From Octopus sinensis (taxonomy: Eukaryota): a stretch of 64,000 bases of DNA. The stretch is taken from positions 67,022,001 to 67,086,000 of the forward strand of contig NC_043010.1 in assembly GCF_006345805.1 (NCBI RefSeq), given 5' to 3'. Numbering within the stretch: position 1 is the first letter of the stretch; each line of letters opens with the position of its first letter. The notes beneath the pieces were generated by a model that was not told where the DNA came from, searched no databases, and saw nothing but the letters and a program-made list of their open reading frames with translations. The translations under genes and the position numbers were made by a program. Shown here one piece after another: positions 63,036-64,000 of this stretch.

Positions 63036-63699
63036 CTTACTATTTGTTCAACTAAACTCTTCAAGTCAGTATCCCAGCTTCTGATCAAGCTGGGACTAGT
63101 AAAAAAGAAAACAAAGAGATTGTAATTTCTACAGGAACCAACAAAAGTCTTACATGCAGCATAGCAAACGTTAATCAAATATCAGTTAAAGATTTTGTGA
63201 TATTTGTGTTTAGTGGGAAAATGTTAAGAAATTAAATAAAGGAGCTCTTTAGATATGTTTGTTTGCACACTTAAATTATACAGGGGATTAAACCACAATT
63301 TTTCATTGCCTGATTTTACACTTTTCAAACCTCCTACCCATACCTCAGTTTTTCTTCCATAATTTTTTTATTTTTCAAAAGGCAGTTGATTTATGTCAAT
63401 GACTAAAGTTTAACATGTTTTTATTAGTGACTAAACAAAATACGTCATGGTATTTAAATATTTTCTACGTTTTATTTGTATAGCGAATCGTTTATTTTAT
63501 TGATCACAATCATTTGAAGATTGGAAATAAGAATCCTGGAGAAAAGATTCATGAAATTTGCAATATATATATATGTGTATGTATATATATATATATCATC
63601 ATCTGATGATGATGATATATACGTGTGTGTGTGTGTGTGTGTGTGTGTATACATATGCACACACACATACATACATATACATATGCTAGCCACTAAAGC

Positions 63700-63853
63700 T
63701 ATTTTATTCTCTCTCTATTTATTTTCTCATGTTCTTTCTGTTAAAGAGCATAGGCACGAAACATTAAAGACTTTCTCACCTTCCCGAGCATTAAACACCT
63801 GTTTGTTGTTACACACTTGTCTTCGTCTTTTGTTTTTTTTTTTGTAAATCCCA

Positions 63854-63858
<5 letters not shown>
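63700..63858 (+). mobile_element. Degenerate Penelope 3' end running into (TA)n
   Basis: tcttt-ctgttaa-a-gagc-atag-gcac-gaaac-at-t-aaaga, then cttcgtcttttg, as in the 53507 terminus. Confidence 0.6.
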
Positions 63859-63884
<26 letters not shown>

Positions 63885-64000
63885 GATATATATATATATA
63901 TGTGGATATATATATATAGATTTACAACAACTTATAATATATATATATATAATATATATATATATATATTATTATATATTTACACATATATCATATATAT

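Overview
Repeat-saturated, AT-rich animal DNA with no recognisable host gene. The SINE families and very high microsatellite load look like an octopus (coleoid cephalopod) intron or intergenic region; this assignment is from my recognition of the repeats, not a search. Most ORFs in the track are artefacts of (TA)n, (CA)n, (TACA)n, (GAT)n and (GGT)n tracts. Supported content: (i) four tRNA-derived or RTE-tailed SINE families, including about 20 copies of a CORE-like SINE; (ii) decayed DNA transposons: pogo, maT/DD37D-like, two mariners, two Merlin/IS1595-like transposases, piggyBac-type and hAT-type MITEs; (iii) non-LTR remnants: R4/Dong-like, HERO-like, RTE, CR1; (iv) a Penelope-like element with an intact GIY-YIG domain. 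The most interesting signal is a set of Penelope-type fold-back elements carrying type I hammerhead ribozyme motifs from several unrelated sequence families. These include a clean GUC hammerhead (47834-47914, minus), a family-wide CUGUUGA core variant, and a unit in which a tRNA-like Pol III head is fused to a hammerhead module and folded back at the head's 5' end. Other notable structures are SINE multimers bounded by a single TSD pair, a MITE dimer recurring with the same spacer, and tandem units each carrying a different Merlin fragment. SINE and remnant coordinates are approximate (about +/-10-20 nt); ribozyme, TSD and palindrome coordinates were counted by hand.
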